Positions 52,080 through 62,060 of a stretch of DNA of 64,000 nt are shown piece by piece. Numbering within the stretch: the stretch's first letter is position 1; the number at the start of each line of letters is the position of its first letter. Origin of the DNA: an uncultured delta proteobacterium (lineage in GTDB: Bacteria > Myxococcota > Myxococcia > Myxococcales > Anaeromyxobacteraceae); contig CAWJSR010000029.1 of assembly GCA_963845515.1 (NCBI GenBank), forward strand, positions 224,001-288,000, written 5' to 3'. A model generated the notes under the pieces. It was not told the DNA's origin. It made no database searches and saw only the letters and a list, made by a program, of their open reading frames with translations. Both the position numbers and the translations under genes were made by a program.

Positions 52080-53051
52080 ATGGCCAAGGCGATCCGGATC
52101 GAGCGCACCGGCGGCCCCGAGGTGCTGCAGTTCGTCGACGTGAAGGTCGCCCCCCCTGGCGCCGGCGAGGCGCGCATCCGCCAGACGGCGGTCGGCGTCG
52201 ACTTCGTCGACGTCTACCACCGCAGCGGCCTCTACCCGCTCACGCTCCCGACCGGCATCGGAGTCGAGGCGGCTGGCGTCGTCGAGGAGGTCGGCCAAGG
52301 GGTGCGCTCGGTGCAGCCCGGCGACCGGGTGGCCTACCTCTGGGGCCCAGGCGCCTACGCCACCGAGCGGGTGGTTCCGGCCGACCGGCTCGTGCGGCTC
52401 CCCGACTCTCTCGACGACAGGACGGCCGCCGGCGGCTTCCTGAAGGGGCTGACCGCCGCGGCCCTGATCCTGAGAACCTACCCGGTGACCCGGGGTGAGA
52501 CGGTGCTCCTCCACGCCGCGGCCGGAGGGGTCGGGCTCATCATGTGCCAGTGGCTGAGCGCGCTCGGCGCGACGGTCATCGGCGTCGTCTCCACCGACTC
52601 CAAGGCGGCCGTCGCGAAGAGCCACGGCTGCCACCACGTCGTCGTGTCGAGCCGCGAGGACTTCGTCGCACGGGTGCGAGAGCTCACCGGCGGCGAGGGG
52701 GTCCCAGTGGTCTTCGACTCGGTCGGCAAGGCGACCTTCGAAGGCTCGCTCGACTGCCTGCGTCCGCTCGGGACCATGGTGAGCTTCGGAAACGCCTCAG
52801 GGCTCGTGCCGCCGGTCGACGTAGGACTGCTCGGGCGCAAGGGCTCGCTCTTCCTGACCCGGCCAAGCGTCTTCCACTACGTGGCGCGCCGGGAGGACCT
52901 GGAGCGGTATGCCGGCGCGCTCCTCGACGTGCTCGCCGGGGGGAAGGTGAAGATCGAGGTCACCCACACCTTCCCGCTCGCCGACGCCGCGGAGGCCCAC
53001 CGTGCGCTGGAGGGGCGCGGGACGACGGGGTCGCTCGTGCTGCTGCCGTAG
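52080..53051 (+). CDS. qor: NADPH:quinone oxidoreductase (zeta-crystallin family)
   Basis: GGPEVL, HAAAGGVG, DSVGKATF, FGNASG, KGSLFLTRPS, TTGSLVL. Confidence 0.92.
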   Translation: MAKAIRIERTGGPEVLQFVDVKVAPPGAGEARIRQTAVGVDFVDVYHRSGLYPLTLPTGIGVEAAGVVEEVGQGVRSVQPGDRVAYLWGPGAYATERVVPADRLVRLPDSLDDRTAAGGFLKGLTAAALILRTYPVTRGETVLLHAAAGGVGLIMCQWLSALGATVIGVVSTDSKAAVAKSHGCHHVVVSSREDFVARVRELTGGEGVPVVFDSVGKATFEGSLDCLRPLGTMVSFGNASGLVPPVDVGLLGRKGSLFLTRPSVFHYVARREDLERYAGALLDVLAGGKVKIEVTHTFPLADAAEAHRALEGRGTTGSLVLLP

Positions 53052-53070
53052 CCCGAACCGGCGCGGCGCG

Positions 53071-53892
53071 TCACGGCCCGTCGAACGGCCCCCGGCGGTG
53101 ACAGCGCTGACAGCTCGAGAGCGGGAAGGCGACCGAGCGATGGCAGGCGCCACAGTAGCGCCCCGAGCGCACGTCCCGCATGTCGAACCGGACCGAGCCC
53201 CGCCTGGTGACCGGAAAGATCTCTGGGTGACAGACCTCGCAGCCGTTCCAGACCGCGTGCTTGCGGTGCGAGAAGGTGACGTCGCCGATCCAGGTCCCCT
53301 TCGCCTCGATGGGGATGTCCCGGTCGAGCCTCATCGCCGGGCGGACGATGGAGACGCCCTCGAGGATGTCGATCGGCTTCACCAGCCCCCGCTCCTCCGC
53401 CTTCTCCCAGTCGACATAGCCGCCGGCGGAGGTGGGCAACCGCGCCGCGAACGAAAGGTAGTCGGAGCGCGTCCGCGCTGGGTTGGCCCCGGCGTGACAG
53501 CGTCCGCACCCAGCCCCCGGCTCCTCCGGACCGGCAGGGGAGCACGCCGCGAAGACCGTCCTGCCGCTGAGCGTCCGCTTGCCGTCATGGCAGGCGCCGC
53601 AGTGAAGCCCGGCCGCGTTGCTGGCGCGACCGATCCCCGACGCGCCGGCCTGCATGGCGAAGCCGACGTCGATGTGGCAGAGGCGGCAGCTGAAGTTGGC
53701 GCGGTGTCGCCAGTGATCGAAGACCACCGGGGCGACGCCCGCCAGGCTCGACGCGCCCTCCAGGACGACGCGCCCGAACAGCTCCGGAGGCGCCGCGTCG
53801 GGGAAGATCGGCATCGCGGAACGGGCTGGCGAGGGGGAGGCGAGCGCGAAGAGGAGCACCGCGCCCAGGGCCGCGCGAGGCCGCTCCGTCAT
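53071..53892 (-). CDS. hexaheme c7-type cytochrome c (two triheme domains)
   Basis: Signal peptide; CRLCH, CGACH, CGRCH, CEVCH, CGACH, CQRCH; F.H..H motifs. Confidence 0.9.
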   Translation of the reverse strand: MTERPRAALGAVLLFALASPSPARSAMPIFPDAAPPELFGRVVLEGASSLAGVAPVVFDHWRHRANFSCRLCHIDVGFAMQAGASGIGRASNAAGLHCGACHDGKRTLSGRTVFAACSPAGPEEPGAGCGRCHAGANPARTRSDYLSFAARLPTSAGGYVDWEKAEERGLVKPIDILEGVSIVRPAMRLDRDIPIEAKGTWIGDVTFSHRKHAVWNGCEVCHPEIFPVTRRGSVRFDMRDVRSGRYCGACHRSVAFPLSSCQRCHRRGPFDGP

Positions 53893-54209
53893 GACCCGCC
53901 CTTCTCTCGGAAGTCGAGGACGAACTGGTACAGGTCCCGACATCCCTTGAGGCGCCGCGCGTAGACCTTTCGCGTCGACTCGTCGAGCGCATCGATGACC
54001 GGCTTCAGCGCGTCGCAGCGAACCACCAGCGCCTGAAGCTCGGGGCTCGTGAGCGCCATCGCGTCCTGCGTCTTCGCGCAGACGGCGTCGAACTCCGCGC
54101 GCCAGGGCTCGGCGGCGCGCCCCGTGGCTCCCCATGGCCCACCCGCGAGCGAGAGTGCCACGGCCCACAGCGCAGCCCTCATTGCCTTCCCTGCCCCGGC
54201 GCCGGTCAT
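53889..54209 (-). CDS. small exported helical protein with three Cys
   Basis: ATGA overlaps with both flanking cytochrome genes; hydrophobic N-terminus. Confidence 0.7.
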   Translation of the reverse strand: MTGAGAGKAMRAALWAVALSLAGGPWGATGRAAEPWRAEFDAVCAKTQDAMALTSPELQALVVRCDALKPVIDALDESTRKVYARRLKGCRDLYQFVLDFREKGGS

Positions 54210-55012
54210 TGGACGGGCTTCGAGTGGCAGCGCTGGCAGTCGAGCAGCGGAAACGCGACGGTCACGTGGCACGCGCCGCAGTACTTTCCCTCGAAGATCT
54301 CGACCATCGAGTACTTCGTCGCCCCCCGCCTCACGCCGACGAAGATCTCGGGGTGGCACAGCTCGCAGCCGTTCCAGACCGTGTGCTTGGCGTGCGAGAA
54401 GATGATGTCCGGCATGCCCTGGAGCCTCGGGCTGAGCGCGAAGTCCTTCTGCGCCGTGAGCGGCTTGCGCCGGATGGAGACGTCCTCCAGGAAGTCCTCG
54501 GGCTTGATGAGCTGGAGCCGCTCTGCCTCCTCCCAGTCGATGCCGTTGCCGAATCGGCCGCGGGGGAGCCCGCGCGTGAAGGTCGCGAAGTCATGGGTGT
54601 GCTTCGCGTCCCTCCCCAGCGAGTGGCACCGCACGCAGCCCGCGACCGATGCAGGCTCGCCAGAGGAGCGGCACGCCTCGAAGACCCTCTTGCCCTCGGA
54701 CTTGACCCGATCGTTGTGACAGGCGCCGCAGTACTGGCCGCGCGCGTTGTCCGCCGCCCTGATGTCGGTGGCCCCCGCCTTCATCGCGAACCCTACGTCG
54801 ACGTGGCAGAGCCGGCAGGTGAACCTGGCTCGGTGCAGCCAGTGCTCGAAGACGACGGGCGCGAGCCCCGCCTTCTCGGAGCGGTTGCGGATGACGACCC
54901 GTCCGAACTCCTGCGGAGGGGGACGGCGCTTCTTGACGGGACCATCCGCAGCGATGGCCACCTCCGCGGCGAGCGCCGCGCCCACGCAGAGGAGAACCCC
55001 AAGGTGCCTCAT
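54206..55012 (-). CDS. hexaheme c7-type cytochrome c (two triheme domains)
   Basis: Signal peptide; CRLCH, CGACH, CVRCH, CELCH, CGACH, CQRCH. Confidence 0.9.
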   Translation of the reverse strand: MRHLGVLLCVGAALAAEVAIAADGPVKKRRPPPQEFGRVVIRNRSEKAGLAPVVFEHWLHRARFTCRLCHVDVGFAMKAGATDIRAADNARGQYCGACHNDRVKSEGKRVFEACRSSGEPASVAGCVRCHSLGRDAKHTHDFATFTRGLPRGRFGNGIDWEEAERLQLIKPEDFLEDVSIRRKPLTAQKDFALSPRLQGMPDIIFSHAKHTVWNGCELCHPEIFVGVRRGATKYSMVEIFEGKYCGACHVTVAFPLLDCQRCHSKPVQ

Positions 55013-55104
55013 GCAGCCCCTCCCGCTCAGACCCGCCGTGCAGCTTATCAGCCCGTCTCACGCCGAGTGGAGCCCGATCGGGTCGCATGCCTCGCCGCGC
55101 CGGG

Positions 55105-56010
55105 TCAGACGCCCCGCAGGAGCCACCACCACCCAGCGAGCGTCAGGAACGAGAGCGGGATCCCGACGCCGACGAGCAGCGCGACGAGCGGCGGATCCAG
55201 GTCGTGGTCGACGGCGATGATCCCTGCCGTGATCATCGGGGCCATCGCCGCCTCGAAGATGGTCACCTGCATGACCGGCCCGCCGCTGCCGAGGAGGACG
55301 ACGTAGAGCAGGTAGACGAGCGCGGGGCCCAGCGCGAGCTTGAAGAGGAGCCCCAGCGCGAGCGGCCGGGCGACGCCGTGCGCGATGCGGAAGCGGAGCT
55401 GGAAGCCGACCGACGCGAGCGCGAGCGGCGTGAGCGTGTCGCCGAGCTTCTGCAGCACCGAGACCATGGCCTCCGGGTAGTCGACGGGCCGGAGGAGCAC
55501 GGCGAGCACCAGCGCCTGGAACGGCGGGAAGAGGACCACGCGCCGGACCAGCTCGCGCGCGGACGTTGCGCCGGCGGAGTAGGCCGTCGCGGTCAGGATC
55601 CCGAGCGTCGAGAGCGCGAGGAAGGATCCGAGCTGATCGGCGACCACGCCCACGCCGATCCACTCCTTCCCGTACCAGGCCTCGATCATCGGCAGACCGA
55701 CGAAGGAGGTGTTCCCCAGCCCGGTCACCAGGATGAGCGCCCCGATCGTCCTCGACGGCAGGCCGGTCGCGCGGCCGATCGCGCGGTGGAAGGCCCACGC
55801 CGCGCCGAAGAAGATCCAGGGCATCAGCGCCGTGAGCAGGAGCGAGCGGTCGAGCTGGAGCCGGTGGACGTGCAGCAGCGTGAGCGCCGGCAGCGAGACG
55901 TGGATCACGAAGCCGTTGAGTGCGATCGGAGTGCTGTCCGGGAAGCGTCCCGTCCGCCGGAGGAGGATCCCGGAGAGGAAGGCGACCGCGAGGAGCGCGA
56001 GGTTGTTCAT
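55105..56010 (-). CDS. AEC (auxin efflux carrier) family transporter
   Basis: VSLPAL, GNTSFVGLP, PLALASVG, EAAMAP. Confidence 0.88.
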   Translation of the reverse strand: MNNLALLAVAFLSGILLRRTGRFPDSTPIALNGFVIHVSLPALTLLHVHRLQLDRSLLLTALMPWIFFGAAWAFHRAIGRATGLPSRTIGALILVTGLGNTSFVGLPMIEAWYGKEWIGVGVVADQLGSFLALSTLGILTATAYSAGATSARELVRRVVLFPPFQALVLAVLLRPVDYPEAMVSVLQKLGDTLTPLALASVGFQLRFRIAHGVARPLALGLLFKLALGPALVYLLYVVLLGSGGPVMQVTIFEAAMAPMITAGIIAVDHDLDPPLVALLVGVGIPLSFLTLAGWWWLLRGV

Positions 56011-56963
56011 GAGCGCCCCGAGCCTCTCCAGAGCCACGTCAGGATCGCGCCTGCCAGCGCCGCACCCATCGCGGCCTTCACCCACGGGCTCCACCCGGTG
56101 CCGGGCGAGACGGAGGCCTCGACGACTCCGACGAGGACGAGCAGCGGCGCGACGACCGCGAGCAGCCGCGACGCCTCGCGCCCGCGCGCAGCGAGGAGGA
56201 GCCACCTGGGCGCCTCCCCCGGCCTGACCAACGCCCCGGCCAGTGACAGCCCCGCCTGCGACGCCAGCAGGATCGCGAGCAGCTCCGCGGGACCGTGCGC
56301 GGACACGAAGGTGAAGAAGGAGTACCCCTGCCCTCCCCGCCAGGCGTAGGCAGCGACCGCCCCCAGCACCAGCCCGTTGGACAGGAGGAGGCCGGCGGTG
56401 AGGATCCCCCCGGAGAGCCCGCCGGCGAAGGCGAGTGACGCGACGGTCAGGTTGTTCCGGGCGATCGCCGAGCCGCCGATGCCGGGCGCGACTGAGAGGA
56501 GGTCGTCGGTCCAGACGCGGCCCGAGGCGACGGCGTCGCGGATCTCCGCCGGGACGAGCAGCGCCGCTGCCCCGGGGTCGATCGCGACCGCCAGCGCCCC
56601 GCCGGCGATGCCGGCGGCGAGGATGGACAGGGCGAGCATGAAGGCGCCGCGCGAGCGCGCGAACGCGCGCGGGATCTCGTGCCGGTATAGCTCGACCACC
56701 GCGGCGAGGCCGCGCTGCCGGCGGTAGAGGACGCCGAACGCCCCCGCGGTCACCTGCGCCAGGTGACCCTCGGCGTCCGAGCCGGCGAACGCGGAGCGCG
56801 CGAAGGCGAGGTCGCCGCTGGTCCTCCGGTAGAGCCGATCGAGCTCCTCGACCTCGGCGAGCGTGAGCGGCTCGCGCCCCACCCGCCCGGCGAGCGCCTC
56901 GAGCCGCTCCCAGGAGGCGCGCCGCGCCTGCACGAACGCCGCGACGTTGCGCTCGCGGCTCAC
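56007..56963 (-). CDS. stage II sporulation protein M family membrane protein
   Basis: W.RLE.L...LYRR.S.DLA, NNL.VA..AF, HG..EL.AI, GVVEASVSP. Confidence 0.85.
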   Translation of the reverse strand: MSRERNVAAFVQARRASWERLEALAGRVGREPLTLAEVEELDRLYRRTSGDLAFARSAFAGSDAEGHLAQVTAGAFGVLYRRQRGLAAVVELYRHEIPRAFARSRGAFMLALSILAAGIAGGALAVAIDPGAAALLVPAEIRDAVASGRVWTDDLLSVAPGIGGSAIARNNLTVASLAFAGGLSGGILTAGLLLSNGLVLGAVAAYAWRGGQGYSFFTFVSAHGPAELLAILLASQAGLSLAGALVRPGEAPRWLLLAARGREASRLLAVVAPLLVLVGVVEASVSPGTGWSPWVKAAMGAALAGAILTWLWRGSGRS

Positions 56964-57715
56964 CGGGCCTCCGCGTAGAAGGCGGCCAGCGCCTCCAGGA
57001 ACGGCTCCGCCTCGGCGGAAGCAGGTAGCTCGAGCCCGGCCCGGCGGGCGAAGGCCGCGGCGAGCCGCCCGGCGATCCGTGCCCTCGCCTCGGGGTCGAG
57101 CTCGGGGCGCCTGCGCAGGAAGTCGACGAGCCGTTCGAAGTCGGCCGCGGCCAGGATCGCGCACGCCCGGCTCCGCAGCGGCGCGAAGCGTCCGCTCCCC
57201 CCGGCAGCCGGGGCGTAGCGGGAGAGGTCATAGCGCCGCTCGCGGACCACCAGCGTCCCCGCGACGAGGTCACCCAGCCGCTGGCGACGCGGGCCCAGCG
57301 CGACGGCGAGGATCGCCGGCGCGTAGCCGAACGGCAGCTCCACGACGCGCAGAAGGTTCCTGCCGAGCGACTCGGCGAGCCCCACCGGCGCCCCATCGGT
57401 CCGGACGACGCGGAGCCCCATCGCGCGCTTCCCCGGCGTCCGCCCGTCGGCCAGCAGCTCCCAGGCGACGTCCCAGCCCCAACCGGTCATCAGCACGGCG
57501 ACGACGACGATGAGCTGGCCCAGGGCGGAGAGCGCCTGCCACCGGCGCAGGAGGTCACCCTGGAAGGAGTAGACGAAGAACCCCATCATCCAGCTGAGGA
57601 AGATCAGGAGGGCGTCGAGCAGCCAGGCGAAGGCACGGGCGCCGAGCCCGGCGAGCTCGAGCGCGACCGCTACGCGCTCGGGCGTCTCCAGCTCCAGGCG
57701 GGGCTCGACGGTCAC
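56960..57715 (-). CDS. RDD family protein
   Basis: ETPERV..LAG.G.R..A.LLD, GRTPGKR..GLRVV, RNLLR, QRLGDLVAGT. Confidence 0.9.
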   Translation of the reverse strand: MTVEPRLELETPERVAVALELAGLGARAFAWLLDALLIFLSWMMGFFVYSFQGDLLRRWQALSALGQLIVVVAVLMTGWGWDVAWELLADGRTPGKRAMGLRVVRTDGAPVGLAESLGRNLLRVVELPFGYAPAILAVALGPRRQRLGDLVAGTLVVRERRYDLSRYAPAAGGSGRFAPLRSRACAILAAADFERLVDFLRRRPELDPEARARIAGRLAAAFARRAGLELPASAEAEPFLEALAAFYAEAR

Positions 57716-57769
57716 GAGCCGGATGATACGCGAGCCCGGTGCGCGTTCGCCGCACGTTCGTCCCGCGAA

Positions 57770-58531
57770 TCAAGGGGTGCGCCGCAGGTCGATGCCGAGC
57801 AGGTCGAGGATCCCGTTGATGAAGGTCAGGGGGTGCGGCGGGCAGCCGGGCACGTAGAGGCTCGGCGCGAACCGGTCGAGGAAGGACCGGTCCAGCTGCG
57901 TCGAGGCTCCGAACGGCTCCCCCGAGATGGCGCAGGCGCCGACGGCGATGACGAACTTCGGCGCGGGCATGCCGTCCCACGCGAGCTGCAGCGCCTCCGC
58001 CATGTTCCGCGTGATCGGGCCGCTGATCACCAGCGCGTCGGCGTGGCGAGGCGAGGCCACGAACTCGATCCCGTACCTCCCGAGGTCGAAGTTGACGTTG
58101 CCGAGCGCGTTCAGCTCCAGCTCGCAGCCGCTGCAGCCTCCGGCCGAGACCGACCTGAGCTTGAGCGAACGGCCGAAGAGCCGCTTCAGCTCCGCCGCGA
58201 CCGCGATCGCTGGCGGCGCCGCTGGTCCCTCGCGCAGGATGAGCGCCTCTCGCCCGGCCGCCGCCATCCTGGGCTCCTCCGAGAAGGAGATCTTCCCCGG
58301 GCCACACGCCGCCACGCAGTCCGAGCAGAAGACGCAGCGCCCGAGGTCGAGCCGGACGGGCCCGAGCGAGATCGCCTGCGTGGCGCAGGCCTCTGCGCAG
58401 GCGCCACATGACGGCTCGCACGCCCCCGCGGCGATGACCGGGAGCCCGCGGAACCCGGCGGGCCTCGCCCCGCGGAGATCGGGGATGTACTGGCTCCCCT
58501 GCGAGATGCGGACCTTGAGTACGTTCAACAT
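57770..58531 (-). CDS. ehrS: Ehr small subunit: 2x[4Fe-4S] ferredoxin fused to NuoB/HycG-like domain
   Basis: C..C..CAEAC, CVFCSDCVAAC, GGCSGCELE, SPRHAD, GACAISG, PGCPPHP. Confidence 0.85.
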   Translation of the reverse strand: MLNVLKVRISQGSQYIPDLRGARPAGFRGLPVIAAGACEPSCGACAEACATQAISLGPVRLDLGRCVFCSDCVAACGPGKISFSEEPRMAAAGREALILREGPAAPPAIAVAAELKRLFGRSLKLRSVSAGGCSGCELELNALGNVNFDLGRYGIEFVASPRHADALVISGPITRNMAEALQLAWDGMPAPKFVIAVGACAISGEPFGASTQLDRSFLDRFAPSLYVPGCPPHPLTFINGILDLLGIDLRRTP

Positions 58532-58547
58532 CTCTCGCCCTCGCCAG

Positions 58548-60014
58548 TCACAGATCGTTCCCGCAGTAGGAGAGGTCGAAGCTCTTGTTGCAGATGGGGA
58601 AGTCGGAGATCTCGTTCTCGCGGACCGCGAGCGCGAGCCCCATCCAGTTGCGGAGCGACGGATCCTGGACCCTGTAGTGGCACGGCCTCCCTGCCGCGTC
58701 GGTCTCGACGCAGTGGACCACCTCGCCGCGCCAACCCTCCCGAACGGAGACGGCCAGCGCCTCAGGCTGCAGCGGCCCGACCGTGACCGGCGCCACGTCG
58801 GCGGCGGGCCACGCGTCGAGGAGGGCGCGCAGCCACCTGATCGACTCGTCGATCTCCCGGATGCGCACCACGGCGCGCGCCCAGCAGTCGCCCGCGGGCT
58901 CCGTCACGCGCCCGACGGGGATCGCTGCGTACGGACCGTCGGCCAGCTCGAGCCGCGTGTCGACCTCGATCCCCGAGGCGCGCGCGGCCTGCCCGACGAG
59001 CCCCAGCTCGGTCGCCTGGTCCGACGTCACGACGCCAGTCCCGCGGAGCCGGTGCTGCACGCTCATCGAGCCGAGGAACCGCTCGTTCACGATCGCCACG
59101 TCGCGCGCGATGAGGTCGAGCGCCGCGCGGACGACGCCGGCCTTCTCGGCGTCCCAGCCCACCGGCGCGCCGCCCGCGCGGATCCAGCCGCGCCCGAAGC
59201 GGCTTCCGCAGAGTCGCATCGACGTGTTGATCGCGGTCGTACGGAGCCTGCCGTACGTGGCGGAGCCCTGCAGGAAGGCGAGGTCCGTGGCGAGCCCCGC
59301 GAGCCCGGCGAGGTGCATGCCGATCCGCTCGAGCTCCAGGCCGAGCGCGCGGGAGGCCTCACGCGCAGGGTCGGGCTCGAGGCCGGCCAGCGCCTCCACC
59401 GCCGCCGCCCATGCCCAGGCGTGCGCGACGCTGGAGTCCCCGGCGACGGTCTCCACGAGCGGCGCGAGCCGCCGCGGATCGCGGGCCAGGAGGAGCGCCT
59501 CCGCGCCGCGATGCTGGTAGCCGAGCTGGATCTCGAGGTGGTGCACCACCTCGCCGAGGCACATGAAGCGGAAGTGCCCGGGCTCGATGACGCCGGCGTG
59601 GATCGGGCCGACCGCGACCTCGTGAACGACCTTCCCGTCGATCGCGTAGAACGGGTAGCCCGCGATCTCCCCTGGCGCGGCGCCGGGGAAGCGGACCGGC
59701 TTGAGCCAGGGGTGGCCGAGAGGCTTCACGCCGGCCTGCTCGAAGATCTCCCGCTCGAAGACGTGGAGAGCCGGGACGTCGAGGGTGAGGGAGCGGAACC
59801 CCGGATCGCGCGCCAGCGTCGTGCGGAGCACGGCGAGCCCCGCCCCCGACGCGAGCACCGCGGTGAGGGTCGCCTCGGACGGATCGCTCGCCCGCTGCCC
59901 GTAGAACGTCACCGCGCGCTCACCCGCCGCGAGCCGGCCGCGCAGCGCGTCGAAGAATGCGTCCGGCGCGATCGCGAGCTCCCGGGTCGGGGTCACCAGC
60001 AGCGGCGTGGTCAC
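58548..60014 (-). CDS. ehrL: Ehr large subunit (NuoC/D- and HycE-like, no Ni-Fe ligands)
   Basis: FERE, GHPW, VGPIHAGVIEPGHFRF, LGYQHRG, EGWRG, DPSLRNW, DFPICNKSFDLSYCGNDL. Confidence 0.85.
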   Translation of the reverse strand: MTTPLLVTPTRELAIAPDAFFDALRGRLAAGERAVTFYGQRASDPSEATLTAVLASGAGLAVLRTTLARDPGFRSLTLDVPALHVFEREIFEQAGVKPLGHPWLKPVRFPGAAPGEIAGYPFYAIDGKVVHEVAVGPIHAGVIEPGHFRFMCLGEVVHHLEIQLGYQHRGAEALLLARDPRRLAPLVETVAGDSSVAHAWAWAAAVEALAGLEPDPAREASRALGLELERIGMHLAGLAGLATDLAFLQGSATYGRLRTTAINTSMRLCGSRFGRGWIRAGGAPVGWDAEKAGVVRAALDLIARDVAIVNERFLGSMSVQHRLRGTGVVTSDQATELGLVGQAARASGIEVDTRLELADGPYAAIPVGRVTEPAGDCWARAVVRIREIDESIRWLRALLDAWPAADVAPVTVGPLQPEALAVSVREGWRGEVVHCVETDAAGRPCHYRVQDPSLRNWMGLALAVRENEISDFPICNKSFDLSYCGNDL

Positions 60015-61458
60015 GTCCCCCCCAGTCCGGCGGCGACCTGCCGGAAGAGCGCGTTGACGGGGGCAGGCAGGTAGAGCCCCATCGCCAGGAGCGCGAGCAG
60101 CAGCAGCAGCTTGGGGAGCACGCTCGTGAGCGTCTGGCCCGCGCGGTGTGCCCGGTCGCCAGGGGCCCCCCAGATCATGGGGAAGACGGTGCGGCCGGTG
60201 GCGATGAAGGTCACGGTCAGGATCGAGCAGAACGCGGCGAAGACCACGAAGCGCCCGGCGCCGATCAGCCCGGAGAGGATGATCAGCTCTCCGAGGAAGC
60301 TGCCGAACGGTGGGAAGCCGAGGAGCGCGAAGATCCCGACCATGAAGAAGAGGCCGCTGTAGGGCATGTCCTTGAGGAGCCCGGTGACCTCCCGCGCGTC
60401 CTCGCTCTTGTAGTGGGCCTCGATCTTGCCGGCCGTGAGGAAGAGGATCGCCTTGATGAAGGCGTTGGCCACGGCGTAGAGCACCACCCCGTAGGCAGCG
60501 ATCCCGCCGATGCCCAGCCCGATCGCGATGACGCCGCCGTGGTTCAGCGAGGCGAAGGCGATCAGCTTCACGTAGTTGCGCGTCGCGATGATGCTGAAGG
60601 CCGAGACGGCCATGGTCGCGAGCCCGAGCACCACCAGCTCGGGGCCGATCACCGCGTGGTCCGTCGCGCGGTATATCTGGACGACCCGGAAGACCCCGGC
60701 GAGCGCGACGTTGAACTGGACGGCGCCCAGCAGGGCCGTCACCGCGGGCGGGGCCGCGTGGTAGGTCTCTGGGAGCCACGTGTACATCGGCGCGAGCCCG
60801 AGCTTCGTCCCGTAGCCGAGGATGATCAGCACGAGCCCGATCCGGCGCCAGATCTCGGGCGGCTGGCGCGCGGCCTCGTGCGAGCCCGTCCAGGAAGAAC
60901 CCGGCCTCCGCCTGCCCGGAGGCCTCCATCCCGCGCGCCAGGCAGGCGAAGCCGAGCAGCACCAGCCCGAGGCCGACGGAGGAGAAGAGGAAGTAGCGCC
61001 AGGCGGCGCCGACGCGCGCCGCGTTGGGGCGAATGCGGATCAGCTGCACCGCCGCGAGCGTCGTCAGCTCCAGGAAGATCCAGCCGACGACGAGGTGGTT
61101 CGCGAGGATCGAGAGGTTGCCGGCGGCGATGAACGCCAGCGAGAAGCCGACCATCCGCTCGATCCCCACCTGCAGCTCCGGCGTGTCCTTCACGCGCGTC
61201 CACAGGTAGGTCGCGACGCCCGAGGAAGACCAGGCTCGCCACGAGCAGGAAGAGGCGGGAGGTCGCGTCGGCCACGAAGTAGCCGCCACCGAAGACCACG
61301 ACCGCGGAGGCCGGCGTGCCGAGGGCGAAGTAGACCGCCAGCGCAGCGTCCACCGCCGCGATGGTTAGCATCATCGAGACGATCCGGGGGCGCACCCGCC
61401 TCACGCCAGCGACCGTCGCCCCTGCGGCCGGGAAGAACGCTGCGAGGAGGTTCATCAT
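60011..61458 (-). CDS. antiporter-like membrane subunit (HyfF-like; frameshifts near 61220 and 60880)
   Basis: ELTTL, AAWRYF, GYGTKLGLAPM..WLP, KLIAFAS, KAILFL, PPF..F..E. Confidence 0.85.
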
Positions 61459-62060
61459 GGCTCGCGCTCCTCGCGGAGGATCCCCGGGGCCGCGCGCAGG
61501 AAGCCCCCGAAGACCAGCACCGTGAGGACCAGGATGGCCGTCACCCCGAGCTGGACCGGCAGCGGCAGCAGGTGTGGCGAGCCGAGCTCGAAGAGCGCGA
61601 TCGCGTTCTCGATCCGCAGCACACCGGTGATCTGGCTGAAGGTGGTGTTCTCCGTCCCGAGCACCAGGAAGCCCAGGAGCAGCGCGGCCGTGGCGGCCGC
61701 GAGGTGGGTCGCCTCGACGCCCCCCTCCGGAGAGACCAGGTCGGCGAAGTGGAACGCGCCGATCACCAGCGCCCCTGCCAACGTCCAGGAGAGCATGTTG
61801 GCGGGGATGACGTCGTTGCGCCGCGGCGCGCTCTGGCTACGGAGGATCCGATGGAGGTAGCGGGGTACGAACCAGGAGCGGAGGATCAGGAGGTCGAGCA
61901 GCAGGATGGCGCCGGAGGCCGTCACCGGCCAGCCCCGCTGGAGGAAGATCGCGGTGAGGAGGACGCCCTGGAGGGCGAGCCCCATGAGGCTGGTGCGCCA
62001 GGTGGCGATGAAGAGCGGCCCGACGAGGACGATCAGGAAGGCGACGAGGAGGTAGGTCAC
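61455..62060 (-). CDS. HyfE-like membrane subunit
   Basis: ALQG, P..L, SQ..G.L..EN.I; GTG start overlapping upstream stop. Confidence 0.8.
   Translation of the reverse strand: MTYLLVAFLIVLVGPLFIATWRTSLMGLALQGVLLTAIFLQRGWPVTASGAILLLDLLILRSWFVPRYLHRILRSQSAPRRNDVIPANMLSWTLAGALVIGAFHFADLVSPEGGVEATHLAAATAALLLGFLVLGTENTTFSQITGVLRIENAIALFELGSPHLLPLPVQLGVTAILVLTVLVFGGFLRAAPGILREEREP

Noticed and set aside
58548..61289. Apparent 913-aa HyfF-large subunit fusion, or a true NiFe hydrogenase
   Set aside because: Fusion arises from indels in the hyfF-like gene; Ni-binding CxxC motifs are absent.
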